Assembly (NCBI GenBank): GCA_045803545.1
Contig: JBJMOW010000002.1
Coordinates: 460,029-524,028 of the forward strand
DNA from: Gemmatimonadaceae bacterium
Lineage (GTDB): Bacteria > Gemmatimonadota > Gemmatimonadetes > Gemmatimonadales > Gemmatimonadaceae
Direction: 5' to 3'
Length of the DNA: 64,000 nt
A model generated the notes under the pieces. The model was not told the origin of the DNA. It worked only from the letters and a program-made list of their open reading frames with translations, and ran no database searches. Each line of letters starts with the position of its first letter. The first letter of the stretch is position 1. The translations under genes and the position numbers were made by a program. Positions 30,228 to 39,600 of this stretch are shown piece by piece.

Positions 30228-30986
30228 ATGAAGCCACTGTCAGTCGTCGCCTTCGCGCGGTCTCTCTACGCGACTCACCCCGAGCTGATGGGCCCGGTTC
30301 GGTGGCAGGGCTTCCTTCGCATGGCGGAACGGTCCGGCATCGCAGTACGCGTCGTGCCGCTGTCGCGGCCAGCGCGATTAATCCGCTACGGTCAAGCACT
30401 TTGCATCCAGATCCAGCGCGAGCTCAATCACCATCTGCGGACGTTGTATGGCATGCATGAACTCTGTCACGCCTGGCGCGACGAGCTCGGCATGGAATGC
30501 ATTTACGCGGATGAGGAAACGGTAATGACAGATCCGAAGGAAGATTTTGCGGACCTGTTCGCCTGGTATGTCACGTCGGAAGCGCGGATCTTCCACGAGC
30601 CACTTGAAGCGCAGCTCAAGTCGGACTTATCGCCCGTTCGCGTCGATGGCGATGGCAGATTTGCCATGCCAGTTGTAGGCGAATCGTTCTGCGAAGGGGC
30701 GTTCCTTGAGATCTGTGGACCCCGTCGACCAGAAGGCTATGACGTTGTAGTCGCCGCGGCTCTGGTCCCAGAGAATGACAATCGTGCAGATCCAAAGGCC
30801 GTCCGCGTCGAAGTCAGCGGGAAAAAAGTAGGCTACCTCTCGCGCTCAATGGCCAGGCGTTACCGAATGCGATTTGCGCGCCGAACTGTGTACTGCAAGG
30901 CACGCATCACTGGCGGCTGGAATCGCGGAGGAACTGACACTGGAAACTTTGGTGTGAGACTCGATCTCACAGGAGGGGCAGGATGA
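30228..30986 (+). CDS. ImmA/IrrE-family metallopeptidase fused to a HIRAN-like domain
   Basis: HELCH plus EDFADLFA; C-terminal VVGESF..LVPENDNRADPKAVRV..KVGYL. Confidence 0.8.
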   Translation: MKPLSVVAFARSLYATHPELMGPVRWQGFLRMAERSGIAVRVVPLSRPARLIRYGQALCIQIQRELNHHLRTLYGMHELCHAWRDELGMECIYADEETVMTDPKEDFADLFAWYVTSEARIFHEPLEAQLKSDLSPVRVDGDGRFAMPVVGESFCEGAFLEICGPRRPEGYDVVVAAALVPENDNRADPKAVRVEVSGKKVGYLSRSMARRYRMRFARRTVYCKARITGGWNRGGTDTGNFGVRLDLTGGAG

Positions 30987-31321
30987 AGCGGTTTTTTCTT
31001 GCGGCATGTACGCTCGGAGTTATGGCGTGCGGCTCGGATTCGTCCGGGCCTAGGCCGGTAACAGGGCGGTACACGTCCGCAGACGGCGGCAGCCTGTTCA
31101 TCGACTCTCGGAGCTACACGGTCTCGTTCAATCAGCAGCTCGTGGAGGTCGGCTCCTGGACGCAGGATGGCACTCAACTGATACTGAACGCTGAACCATG
31201 TAGTCAGAGCGGCGGAATTCAGCCTTGTTCGAACGATGTGTCGAGCCTGCGGATTGGCGCCGGCACGCTCGATGGAACGATCGCAGGCCGGAACGAGCAT
31301 TTCACCCGGATTAGTGCGTAG
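30983..31321 (+). CDS. Prophage lipoprotein
   Basis: Signal peptide with lipobox VMAC. Confidence 0.7.
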   Translation: MKRFFLAACTLGVMACGSDSSGPRPVTGRYTSADGGSLFIDSRSYTVSFNQQLVEVGSWTQDGTQLILNAEPCSQSGGIQPCSNDVSSLRIGAGTLDGTIAGRNEHFTRISA

Positions 31322-31334
31322 GCTGCGACCATTC

Positions 31335-31601
31335 ATGCGAGTTAGCGCGGTGATCCTAGCCTTGATTCTCCTCTCGGCGTGCGAGTCGAGCGAGAGGAAG
31401 GCGGCGCGGTTGCGCAGCGAGGCCGCGCTTGCGTGTCTCGAGGCACGTCCCGGCAACGCAGATCAGGTTGCGCACGACGCGGACCCAAACTACAAGGAGA
31501 GCCCAGCTGAGAGAGAGGCGAGCGTGGCGAGGATAGCCGTCGAGCTCCAAGCCAAATGCGATGTTGCGACGCGAAACTTTAACAGGTTCATGGGACGGTG
31601 A
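31335..31601 (+). CDS. Small prophage lipoprotein
   Basis: MRVSAVILALILLSAC lipobox. Confidence 0.65.
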   Translation: MRVSAVILALILLSACESSERKAARLRSEAALACLEARPGNADQVAHDADPNYKESPAEREASVARIAVELQAKCDVATRNFNRFMGR

Positions 31602-31888
31602 GCTCGCAAGCGATAGGCGCGATTATGATTATGCTCGGCGCGTTCGTGATTGCCGCTCTGGTGATTCGGGCAGCGGGGCAAAAGCACGCGGCTACAGTCT
31701 CCGCCGCGAAGTCAGCGGATACCCCTTCGCCGAACGAGGACACCGAACGGCTTGTGAGAGTGCTCCGGACCATCGACAAAAATCAGGCGGCGCGATTTGC
31801 GGACTTAAAGCTCTTTCTGTTTTTCCTACCGCTGATCTGGGGAGTGATCAGCGGGATTCTGTATGCGATTCTTTTGGCGCTTCGCTAA
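31598..31888 (+). CDS. Small two-TM membrane protein
   Basis: Two hydrophobic helices; overlap coupling. Confidence 0.6.
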   Translation: MSSQAIGAIMIMLGAFVIAALVIRAAGQKHAATVSAAKSADTPSPNEDTERLVRVLRTIDKNQAARFADLKLFLFFLPLIWGVISGILYAILLALR

Positions 31889-32405
31889 GACGTTTGCGTG
31901 GCGGCGTTCGGAATTCCTTGAATCCCCAGAACGTGAGTGCATTCCGATCGCACTGAAGTACTCCGAAGGCCTGATCTTCCTGGAGCAGTAGCCGGACGTC
32001 TTGCGGGCTCGGCTCGCATTGATATGCGAGCTCTCCGCCGAATCTGCATTTTCCCTTCGCGTCGCAGGTCGTTGGCGGATGCACGTGTACACGCACCACG
32101 TTAGGCATCGCCGGACATTCATAGACGACGCTCTGTGGATCCGCTGCTGTCGATTTCATCGGCATGAGCAGCCGCAGCGTATAAGTGCGGTACGCGACGC
32201 CCTGGTAGGGATCGAAGTCTGTCGAGTCGACTGTGAACACGGCGCAGAACCCGCGCTCGACCTGGTCGACGTTCGCAGTGTCCCACCGCGCGGCAAGGAA
32301 TTCTCTCACCGAGCTGTCCGCCATACCCCACGGCCATTTGACAGCCTGCGCTTGCGAGCTCGAGCTCCCGATCGCGAATGCGAAAGCAACGAGAACCCTT
32401 CTCAT
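31848..32405 (-). CDS. Secreted JAB/MPN-like metalloprotease candidate
   Basis: Signal peptide (..SQA-QA); ERGFC, HVHPP, PSPQD. Confidence 0.6.
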   Translation of the reverse strand: MRRVLVAFAFAIGSSSSQAQAVKWPWGMADSSVREFLAARWDTANVDQVERGFCAVFTVDSTDFDPYQGVAYRTYTLRLLMPMKSTAADPQSVVYECPAMPNVVRVHVHPPTTCDAKGKCRFGGELAYQCEPSPQDVRLLLQEDQAFGVLQCDRNALTFWGFKEFRTPPRKRLSEAPKESHTESR

Positions 32406-32644
32406 GCGGTCGCCCTGCATTCCGGGCAAGCCTCTGTGCGAGGACCAGCGACAAATGTCCGACAGTGGACACAGAGCCGACCGGGTGAGCTGAGTGAGGA
32501 ATCGTATTTCCGGTCGGGCCGCTCCGGCTGATCGAGCCAGGCGAAGTTGTCTTTGCGGCCGCCGTAGTTCCGCGGTGGGCGCACCTTGGGCGGCGCGTGC
32601 AGCTTCTCGAGGATGTCGGAGACTCGGTCGACGTAGCACCTCAC
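32402..32644 (-). CDS. Small zinc-ribbon protein
   Basis: CVHC..CPEC; GTGA/ATGA overlaps with both neighbours. Confidence 0.5.
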   Translation of the reverse strand: MRCYVDRVSDILEKLHAPPKVRPPRNYGGRKDNFAWLDQPERPDRKYDSSLSSPGRLCVHCRTFVAGPRTEACPECRATA

Positions 32645-33228
32645 GTCTGGCTGTCTCCGCAAGGCTCGAGACGACCCTCGGTAAGAAAACCGTGATAGCG
32701 CGGGCTGCGAATGCTTGCGCGCACTGTGAGCGTTTCGGGCTTCCGGGGATCGCCCGTGCGCGTCCAACGGCCGTCGTCGACCATCCAATCACAGCCATCC
32801 GGCAGCATCACCATTAGCGTGATGCCGTCGGGATTATCGGCTGGCCACCAGCGCGCATTCCACATCGCACCGGCTGGAGCACGCCGATGCGGGTAAAGCT
32901 TTCCGTCAGGTGCTCCTGAGTAGAGTGTGTAGCAGTTGACCTGCCAGTCATCGTCGACCTGGAACGGCTCGCCGCACTGATCACACGTCGCTGGCCATCG
33001 CGGATCTTCCTGCGAGACCAGATCATCGCGATTCCGCTCGTAACCTTCCGGCGCGTCTTCGATCCAGGCACTCCGCAGTGCCTTCTCGAGGATCACGATC
33101 GACGCATTGTGGCCGCCGCCGTAGCTCGAGCTGCGACACTTCTTGTCTTTCTCGAAAGTGAAGCGGCGCAGTTGCACCTCGCAGAACTCCGTCGGCTCCA
33201 TCCAGAAGCATTGCACGATTCCGCTCAT
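32641..33228 (-). CDS. Hypothetical protein, C-terminus resembling DUF6527
   Basis: CDQC; WTRTG..PETLTVRASI..YHGFLTEG. Confidence 0.55.
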   Translation of the reverse strand: MSGIVQCFWMEPTEFCEVQLRRFTFEKDKKCRSSSYGGGHNASIVILEKALRSAWIEDAPEGYERNRDDLVSQEDPRWPATCDQCGEPFQVDDDWQVNCYTLYSGAPDGKLYPHRRAPAGAMWNARWWPADNPDGITLMVMLPDGCDWMVDDGRWTRTGDPRKPETLTVRASIRSPRYHGFLTEGRLEPCGDSQT

Positions 33229-33244
33229 GCGAGCACGACTCTGA

Positions 33245-33802
33245 TCATCGTTTTGCGACCGCAGCGATGATCTTGATCACGCGATAGGTGATGTAAACCG
33301 CGACCGTCGTTCCTACGACGCCGATCACTACTCCGGTCTTCGTGCCGAACCGCGGTTCTTTCTTTTGCTCGAGGAGGTCGACGTGATCGTTGAGCGTTCC
33401 GACCAGGAGATTCTGCAGAGTATCCTTCGCGGCCTCTTTGACGACTGTCGGCGGGACCTGAATGCTCAGACTGTCTGCCTTTACGAGTGCCGCAACAACG
33501 GACGGCAATTCGACGCGCTTCCCGTCAGCGATTACAGAGTCGCCCTTTGTCTCAACCTTCGATCGCGCCGCGCGATAGTCACTGTCCTTCGCGACAAGCT
33601 TCTGCGTCTCGACATCGGCTGACTCATTAGCCGCAGCGAGTGCCGCCTCGAGCTGCTTTGCCTTCTCAGCCGTCGCGGCGATCTTTTCGCCGAGCTCGCC
33701 TGCCTTGACCCCATCGCGCCGGATGCACCAGCCACAAGCAGCGAGGATGATGATCGCGGCGACGCCGGCGATGATCTTGTTCCGAAGGGAGAAGACGTTC
33801 AT
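33245..33802 (-). CDS. Spanin candidate (unimolecular type)
   Basis: N-terminal lipobox LAAC, coiled coil, C-terminal TM helix; within the lysis block. Confidence 0.55.
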   Translation of the reverse strand: MNVFSLRNKIIAGVAAIIILAACGWCIRRDGVKAGELGEKIAATAEKAKQLEAALAAANESADVETQKLVAKDSDYRAARSKVETKGDSVIADGKRVELPSVVAALVKADSLSIQVPPTVVKEAAKDTLQNLLVGTLNDHVDLLEQKKEPRFGTKTGVVIGVVGTTVAVYITYRVIKIIAAVAKR

Positions 33803-33912
33803 CGGAACAGCGTGCCGTTCTTGTAGCGTTTGACCGTATCGACCACTGCGTAGGCGACGTATGCGAGCCACGGGAGCGAGCCGACCACAGCGCCGGCGAA
33901 AAATGCTTTCAT
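33799..33912 (-). CDS. Small single-TM protein
   Basis: GAGGA RBS; MKAFFAGAVVGSLPWLAYVAY; ATGA overlap. Confidence 0.5.
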   Translation of the reverse strand: MKAFFAGAVVGSLPWLAYVAYAVVDTVKRYKNGTLFR

Positions 33913-33937
33913 AGTTTCCTCTGTTTCAACAACGCGA

Positions 33938-34864
33938 TCATGCGGCGAGCGCCTCGCTAATTCCCTGCATCGTGTCGTCGTTGTAGTCCTCAGCTCCCGG
34001 GATCTCGGCGTTCCAGACCGCGCCACAGATGCCCGCTTCTGCCTGGAGACGGAACGATCTCTCCATCCACTCGCTCCGGAGTGACGGATCCGGAGGAACC
34101 AGCGCGAACTCGGTGTTCCAGATCGGCTTGTCGACCCCGTGCATCAGCATGACAGATCGGAGCGTCGCGATCTCGAGCGGCAATTCGTCCGGCGTCTGCG
34201 GGTAGCTGTGAAAGGCGATCACATCGCAGGAGTTGCCGCCGCCGGCGGACAGATAGCGATCGGCGAACTGGACCCCGCGACTCAACCCCAGCTCCGTCAT
34301 CGAGGGAGAGAGGACGATCGCGCCCGGCTCGATCTCTTTGATGATCTGGTACGCGACAGCGGACTGCGCTGCGAGCTGCTCGACTGTGCCGCTCCAGTAG
34401 CCGGCGACACCGGGCTCGTTCCACAGCTCCCAGTATTTGATGCGGCCGGCCGACTGGGTGACGACGTCCCGCACGAACTGAGTCCACGCCGCGGCAAGAG
34501 GGACTTTCGAATTCGGATAGCACGCAGTAGATGGCGGCTCCCCGAACGTGAACATCACCTGCGCGCCGACTCGCTCCGCATATCTGAGATTCGCCTCGAG
34601 CGCGGCCGCGTCGGCGACCATCTTCCACCACACCGCACGACTATCCCACAGACGCAGTAGTCCGAAGTAGCAGGTGACCGGGCAGCACAGCGAGCCATCG
34701 TCGAGTACCCAATCGCCTTGGACCATGTGACCGAAGAACGTCGGCCCGATCGACTTCGACCGGAGCTCGCGTGGCCAATCCAGCTTCTCCGCCTTACAAG
34801 CCATTAGGATGAACGCAGCTGCAGCGCGGCCGCACTCGAGGAGAAACTTCCGCCGCTCACTCAT
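33938..34864 (-). CDS. Clan GH-A glycoside hydrolase (GH39/GH5-like), Tat lipoprotein candidate
   Basis: RRKFL twin-arginine motif plus LMAC; YWELWNEP, FHSY, KPIWNTE. Confidence 0.75.
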   Translation of the reverse strand: MSERRKFLLECGRAAAAFILMACKAEKLDWPRELRSKSIGPTFFGHMVQGDWVLDDGSLCCPVTCYFGLLRLWDSRAVWWKMVADAAALEANLRYAERVGAQVMFTFGEPPSTACYPNSKVPLAAAWTQFVRDVVTQSAGRIKYWELWNEPGVAGYWSGTVEQLAAQSAVAYQIIKEIEPGAIVLSPSMTELGLSRGVQFADRYLSAGGGNSCDVIAFHSYPQTPDELPLEIATLRSVMLMHGVDKPIWNTEFALVPPDPSLRSEWMERSFRLQAEAGICGAVWNAEIPGAEDYNDDTMQGISEALAA

Positions 34865-35406
34865 GCGTCTGCCCGGATGTCGAGGAGATACTCGATCCTC
34901 GCCATGCCGTAGAAAGCCATCTCCGCTTTCCACAGATTCTTGAATTCTTCGTACTGATCCGGCCAAACTGTCTGGCAACCGAGACTCCCAGTCGACGTAT
35001 AGCCGCCCTGGTGGATCTCGATGTCGAACATCCCAGTCTCGCGGATTCCGTTGTCACGCAGTACGGTCACCGGCTCGGCTTGGATCAGGCATGGATACTC
35101 GTGCGGCGTGCCGGCGTGATGCGTCCACGGCTTCATTGTCCAGACGCCAGGCTCGAGGACCGCCAGGCGGTCGCCTTGCTTCGACGGATCGGTGTTCGCG
35201 TTAAAAGTCTTGAACACTCGAGGGGAGAGAACGATGATCGCGTCATCGTATTGGCCGCGATCGTTCTTGCCGGCGAGGCCCATCGAGTCGCGGAAGTAGC
35301 CGCGCTGCCCAATGATGATGGTTTGATCGGTGACGCCGTATGCAGCGAGGATCTTCCGCGCGTCAACGATCGAGAGCTGCGGCCGCGCAGGCGGGATCAT
35401 GCTCAC
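34861..35406 (-). CDS. Putative endolysin with an L,D-transpeptidase-like His/Cys motif
   Basis: Follows holin-like genes; IEIHQGGYTSTGSLGCQT. Confidence 0.6.
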   Translation of the reverse strand: MSMIPPARPQLSIVDARKILAAYGVTDQTIIIGQRGYFRDSMGLAGKNDRGQYDDAIIVLSPRVFKTFNANTDPSKQGDRLAVLEPGVWTMKPWTHHAGTPHEYPCLIQAEPVTVLRDNGIRETGMFDIEIHQGGYTSTGSLGCQTVWPDQYEEFKNLWKAEMAFYGMARIEYLLDIRADA

Positions 35407-35639
35407 GGCGCCGACGTTCCATTGCCGCCGATTTTGAACGACGGAATAAGAGAAGCGAGATTCTTGAGCGCGGCGAAGACGGGATCGAAATCGATCACCA
35501 TGCCGGACACGAGAAGGAGGCCGCCGGCGAAGTAGACGAGATGGAGATCGATCGGCCGCTGATGAAGTGCTACCCAGCCGGTGTAGAACGCCGCGGCTGC
35601 GATCGCCAAGCCGACAATCGCGCGGAGTACGAGCTTCAC
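35403..35639 (-). CDS. Holin candidate
   Basis: 78 aa with two TM helices, upstream of the lysin. Confidence 0.6.
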   Translation of the reverse strand: MKLVLRAIVGLAIAAAAFYTGWVALHQRPIDLHLVYFAGGLLLVSGMVIDFDPVFAALKNLASLIPSFKIGGNGTSAP

Positions 35640-35953
35640 TTGCAGCTCCGCGGGAGAATTACTCTAGGCTGATTCCGTTTCGTCTGCTCGCAGACGAGGT
35701 ACGCGATGTCATCGAGCCGCGTCGTGATGAACTCGTTCTGACGCTGGAGTCTTGCGATCGAGCTGTCCTGGACGGTGTCCGTTTTGTGGATCTCAGCGAT
35801 TGCATCCCCGGATCCGCTCACCTTGTAGCCAAGACTTGCGAAAAGCGCGGCGACGATTCCGCCAACGATTACGGCCAGACTGGCAGCTTGGCCGATCTGC
35901 CCGAGCGTGTGCTTTGCGGAGTGGAACCACGGCCGGCCGTGTGAGACTTCCAT
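35636..35953 (-). CDS. Single-TM lysis-block protein (holin/antiholin-like)
   Basis: TM helix plus coiled coil; ATG 35953 preferred because the TTG call lies in the terminator tail. Confidence 0.55.
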   Translation of the reverse strand: MEVSHGRPWFHSAKHTLGQIGQAASLAVIVGGIVAALFASLGYKVSGSGDAIAEIHKTDTVQDSSIARLQRQNEFITTRLDDIAYLVCEQTKRNQPRVILPRSCK

Positions 35954-35969
35954 CTGCGTTGCTGTGGGG

Positions 35970-36080
35970 GAAAACAAAAAAAACGGCCGCGGGCTCTTTT
36001 CAGAGCTGCGGCCGTGGTGAGCGGTCGAATGAATTTTGGTGCTTCTAACTCAGTTTACAGCCCGTCACAGGGCGACGCCA
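35970..36080 (-). promoter_or_regulatory. Promoter-leader-terminator cassette C (before lysis genes)
   Basis: TGGCGT-N17-TAAACT; AAAATTCA..ACCGCTCAC; ACGGCCGC/GCGGCCGT hairpin; TTTTTTGTTTTC. Confidence 0.8.
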
Positions 36081-36087
36081 CTCCTCG

Positions 36088-36630
36088 CTAGACCGAGTGC
36101 GGATCCGCAATACCGCGGGGGAACTTAGGGGTTCGGAGCAGCTCTTCTCTAGCCGCGCGCTTAACTGGAAAACTGTCGAACACCGAGAGCGCCTGTTTCC
36201 GGTTGGCGATACGTTCAGCCATTATAGCGGTCATCAGATCAATGACGTCCGCCACGTCGATGGCCTCGGGGCCGACAAGTGTATGGTGTGGAATGGAATG
36301 CGTTCCGGTCGCCGCCCTGAGCCCGGTTGGGGCACCTGTCTCATCGACCTCCCAGCAATCGGCATGCAGCACTGCGTAGTGATCCGCGTCCAGCACCTTT
36401 TCCTCGATCGCGACTACGACGTGCATTCCATGATCGGGCAAATGAAAAACCCGATGGTGCGCCTCGGTCGCAGCGGTGACAACATCGCCCGTCTCCACGC
36501 GAACATGCTTGGTAGTCGGGAATAACTGTCGCGCTGACCCGCCGTCTTTCTCGGCCGGGATCGCTTCGTCGGCGCCTAGATTCTGCGCGGCTCGCTGGAC
36601 TTCTTCTGCGCTTCCTTTGGGCAGTGGCAT
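36088..36630 (-). CDS. Hypothetical tail-associated protein
   Basis: ATG 36630 immediately after the tail-tip gene stop. Confidence 0.6.
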   Translation of the reverse strand: MPLPKGSAEEVQRAAQNLGADEAIPAEKDGGSARQLFPTTKHVRVETGDVVTAATEAHHRVFHLPDHGMHVVVAIEEKVLDADHYAVLHADCWEVDETGAPTGLRAATGTHSIPHHTLVGPEAIDVADVIDLMTAIMAERIANRKQALSVFDSFPVKRAAREELLRTPKFPRGIADPHSV

Positions 36631-36632
36631 CG

Positions 36633-39600
36633 TTAGACTGGTTTGATGTTGTGATTCAGAATGCCGGCCGCAATGAACGTCTGCGCTTTCTCGACGGTCA
36701 GCTTGACGACCGGTCCTAAGTCCCACGACCTGATGACGTGCTCCACACGCGCGCGCGGGCTGCCCATCAGCACCTGTCCGGGGAAAAGCGTTTGCGCCTG
36801 ACGCCAGGCATCAGCCCCTGCGAGTTTTAAGCGATGCTTGGCCGAGCATACGATGTGACGGCCGTCTTCGAACCAGATTTTCGTTCGCGCTTCCATGAGG
36901 TAGGCGGATGCCGCCTTGACTCTGAAAGCCCCGAAATGGTCCTGCCGGAATTCCGGAATGGTCCAGACGTAGTCGCCGACCTCGATCTGGTCGGCGCGCT
37001 TCTCGTGGAGATGCTTCCCGTGCCGGTCGCAGACAAGAATCAGCGTCTCCGGCGCGACGCACGTGGGACCGCCAGTGCCCGAGCCTGTTCCACTTCCTCC
37101 GGACGTTACGATTTGCCCGACGTAAAGGTGAGCCTGTTGGTTAGGTAAGTAATTGGGCTCGATCAGCGCGAAGTAGGTCGGCGATCCACCCCCGGCGATA
37201 GTTATATCATCTGTGTAGATGTAATTCTTGCCGGTAGCGTTTTGCGTACATGTCCCCGACCCATAGTCGACGACCTTTTCGTTGTTCCCCGTGTCCCCGA
37301 CTACGAGGCTCCAAGCGCCGATGCTGATTGTCGTGCCGCTTGAACTGACCGGAGTGGGCGAGCCGCGGTTCGCATTACTTATGACCTGCGCCGACCACGC
37401 GCCCGCTATTGCGGACGGGGCGTGCCGGAATGCACCGTCGAGGTAGCCGCTACTATGGAGCTGCGTGAAGCCACGACTGCCGCCCGTTTTTTCGTTGGCT
37501 GTTGTGCGTTTGTACGTCGAGCCCTCGGGCACATCGTCAAAGATGTGGTGGCTAGTATTGAAGTGCGTGTTTAGAGCGTAGCCGCGCGAATCGACGTGCG
37601 ACGAGTGTGATGTCAGTCCATCGTTTGTGGTGGATCTGCCGCCGTAATCGCCGTCGTCGAAAGGTCGCCCGCGTTTCACATGACCGGTGGTATCGATTTC
37701 CTGCCTCTGCGACGGAACGCTCGTGTGTATTTCGCTGAAGAGACCGGTGATCGTATCGGTGACGCGAAAGCGAATGAGCTTTGTACTTCTCAAATCCCGA
37801 TTAACGACCTGGGCATAAGCGAAGGACGTCCCATCGCCGCTGTTGAGGAGCGTCTCTGCGGAGTTACTGATCTTGACGTAGATGGCCCATGTCAGGTTCG
37901 TTCCACCTCCGCCGGATCCTGCCACCGCGTTGAGCGTCAACGTTCGAGTTGTATCATCGGCTTCGGTGGCGCTCGGTGTGATGGTCGGAACCGGCGGTTT
38001 GAACACCACAGGCATTCCCGTCGTTGATACGGCTCCGCTCTGACCGACCCCAGAGATCGCGTCGAGGCCGCGAATCGCGACGATGAAATCCGTGCCCCAA
38101 AGATTCTTGCCCACTATGACGCCGACGGCCGAGACCCTGCCGGAGATCGGCATTCCGTTGTCGGTTAAGCCGTCGGCCGAGAATGAGAGGCGACGATCGG
38201 TGTACTGGTCGGTTAGGATCGTGACTGCGTCGCCCATTTTGAGCCACGGCCACATCAGGACGGTCTTCACCTTCCAGAGTCGGACTCCGGATTTCCATGC
38301 GCGCTGAAACTTGTCGGCCGAATAATTCGCCTCAGCCAGATCGTTCCACCTGCAGAAGTTGTCCGGGAACTCGAATACGTCGAACAGATTCGGCCGACCC
38401 CAGCCAGTGAGCTCGTCGAACGCCTCGTAGGTCGCTTGGTTCGTGAACTTTTGGGTGTCCGCCTGGTAGCCATACTTCACGCGAACCGAAGGCATTCTCC
38501 GATCGGCGCCGATCGGAGTCTCGAGCGAAACGATATGGCGATCGTCCCATGTGGCGACGGAGACCTTATTCGGTGAGTAGATGTCGGCAAAATCGATTCG
38601 CCCTCTCTCCCACGTGATTATTCCGTCGGCGTGCAGGGCAACGTCCTGGATTATGTCGAGCGCTTTGACGCCGTCCGACGGCAGCGTGAAGGTGCCCGTG
38701 CGTCCCGTCGTCGGCGGCAGAATCCCGCGATACCGTGCTGGAACCGCCGACTGAACCCCGAGCAAATCGCTATAGATCGCTGCGTAGTCCTGCCCCACAT
38801 AAGCGGCACCCGTTCGCGTCGTTACGTCGGAGTGGATCTCGAAGGTGTCGCCGTTGACTGGCACCGTCTGGAGATTCGGATCCGCGTTGATGTCGAAGTG
38901 ATCGTTGTTATTCGCAACGATGACGTAATCGATTCCGGCGGCGTTCCCAGTGACGCCGTGTGCACGGAAGCCGACCAGGCTCTGCCCGGTGAAAGGGTGT
39001 GATCCGCTCGTCGACGGAGTGACGCGATAGGTCGTGCCTGAGACTAGAGCGACGGTTGTCGCGGCCACTGTACCCGACAGCGGATAGCGATACGTCTCGA
39101 CAGCGGAGGGAATCTTTACACTCAGGCGATCGAAGCCCGAGACGAAGGTCATCTCCTCGGTGCCGTCCTGCGGATCCCGGTTCTCGAGTCGATAGCTATT
39201 CAAGAAAAGCCGCGTTCCGTCGCGTGTGTTGCGTGCGTAGACGTGCGCCTCGAGCGAGGAGGGCGCGTATGACGATCCCAGGAGGGAAGCGAGATCTCGA
39301 TAGTCTTTCCGGCCGGCCTTCAGGATCGGCAGCTTGAGCTCGCCGATCGAAGACTGTCCGGTCACGGGATCTGCGGTGACGGTCGAATCGAAATCCTTGA
39401 GATAGCGATACGTGTTGAGTGTCACGCGTTCGACCATCATCCACGCCTGAAGACTCGGCGTCGCGAACCGCGTGCCCGACGCCGGACCCGCAGTGAAGCT
39501 CGCGGTCAGGCGATACCAGATGAAATAGTTGCCGTTGACGAGGATAGTCCCGTCCTTTACTGCGCCGATGCTGGTCCACGGCCCGGCCGCAGAGACGTTA

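Noticed and set aside
36633..37061. Canonical splicing intein or homing element
   Set aside because: No endonuclease insert, +1 residue is Ile and only 4 residues follow; treated as a cleavage-type Hint domain.
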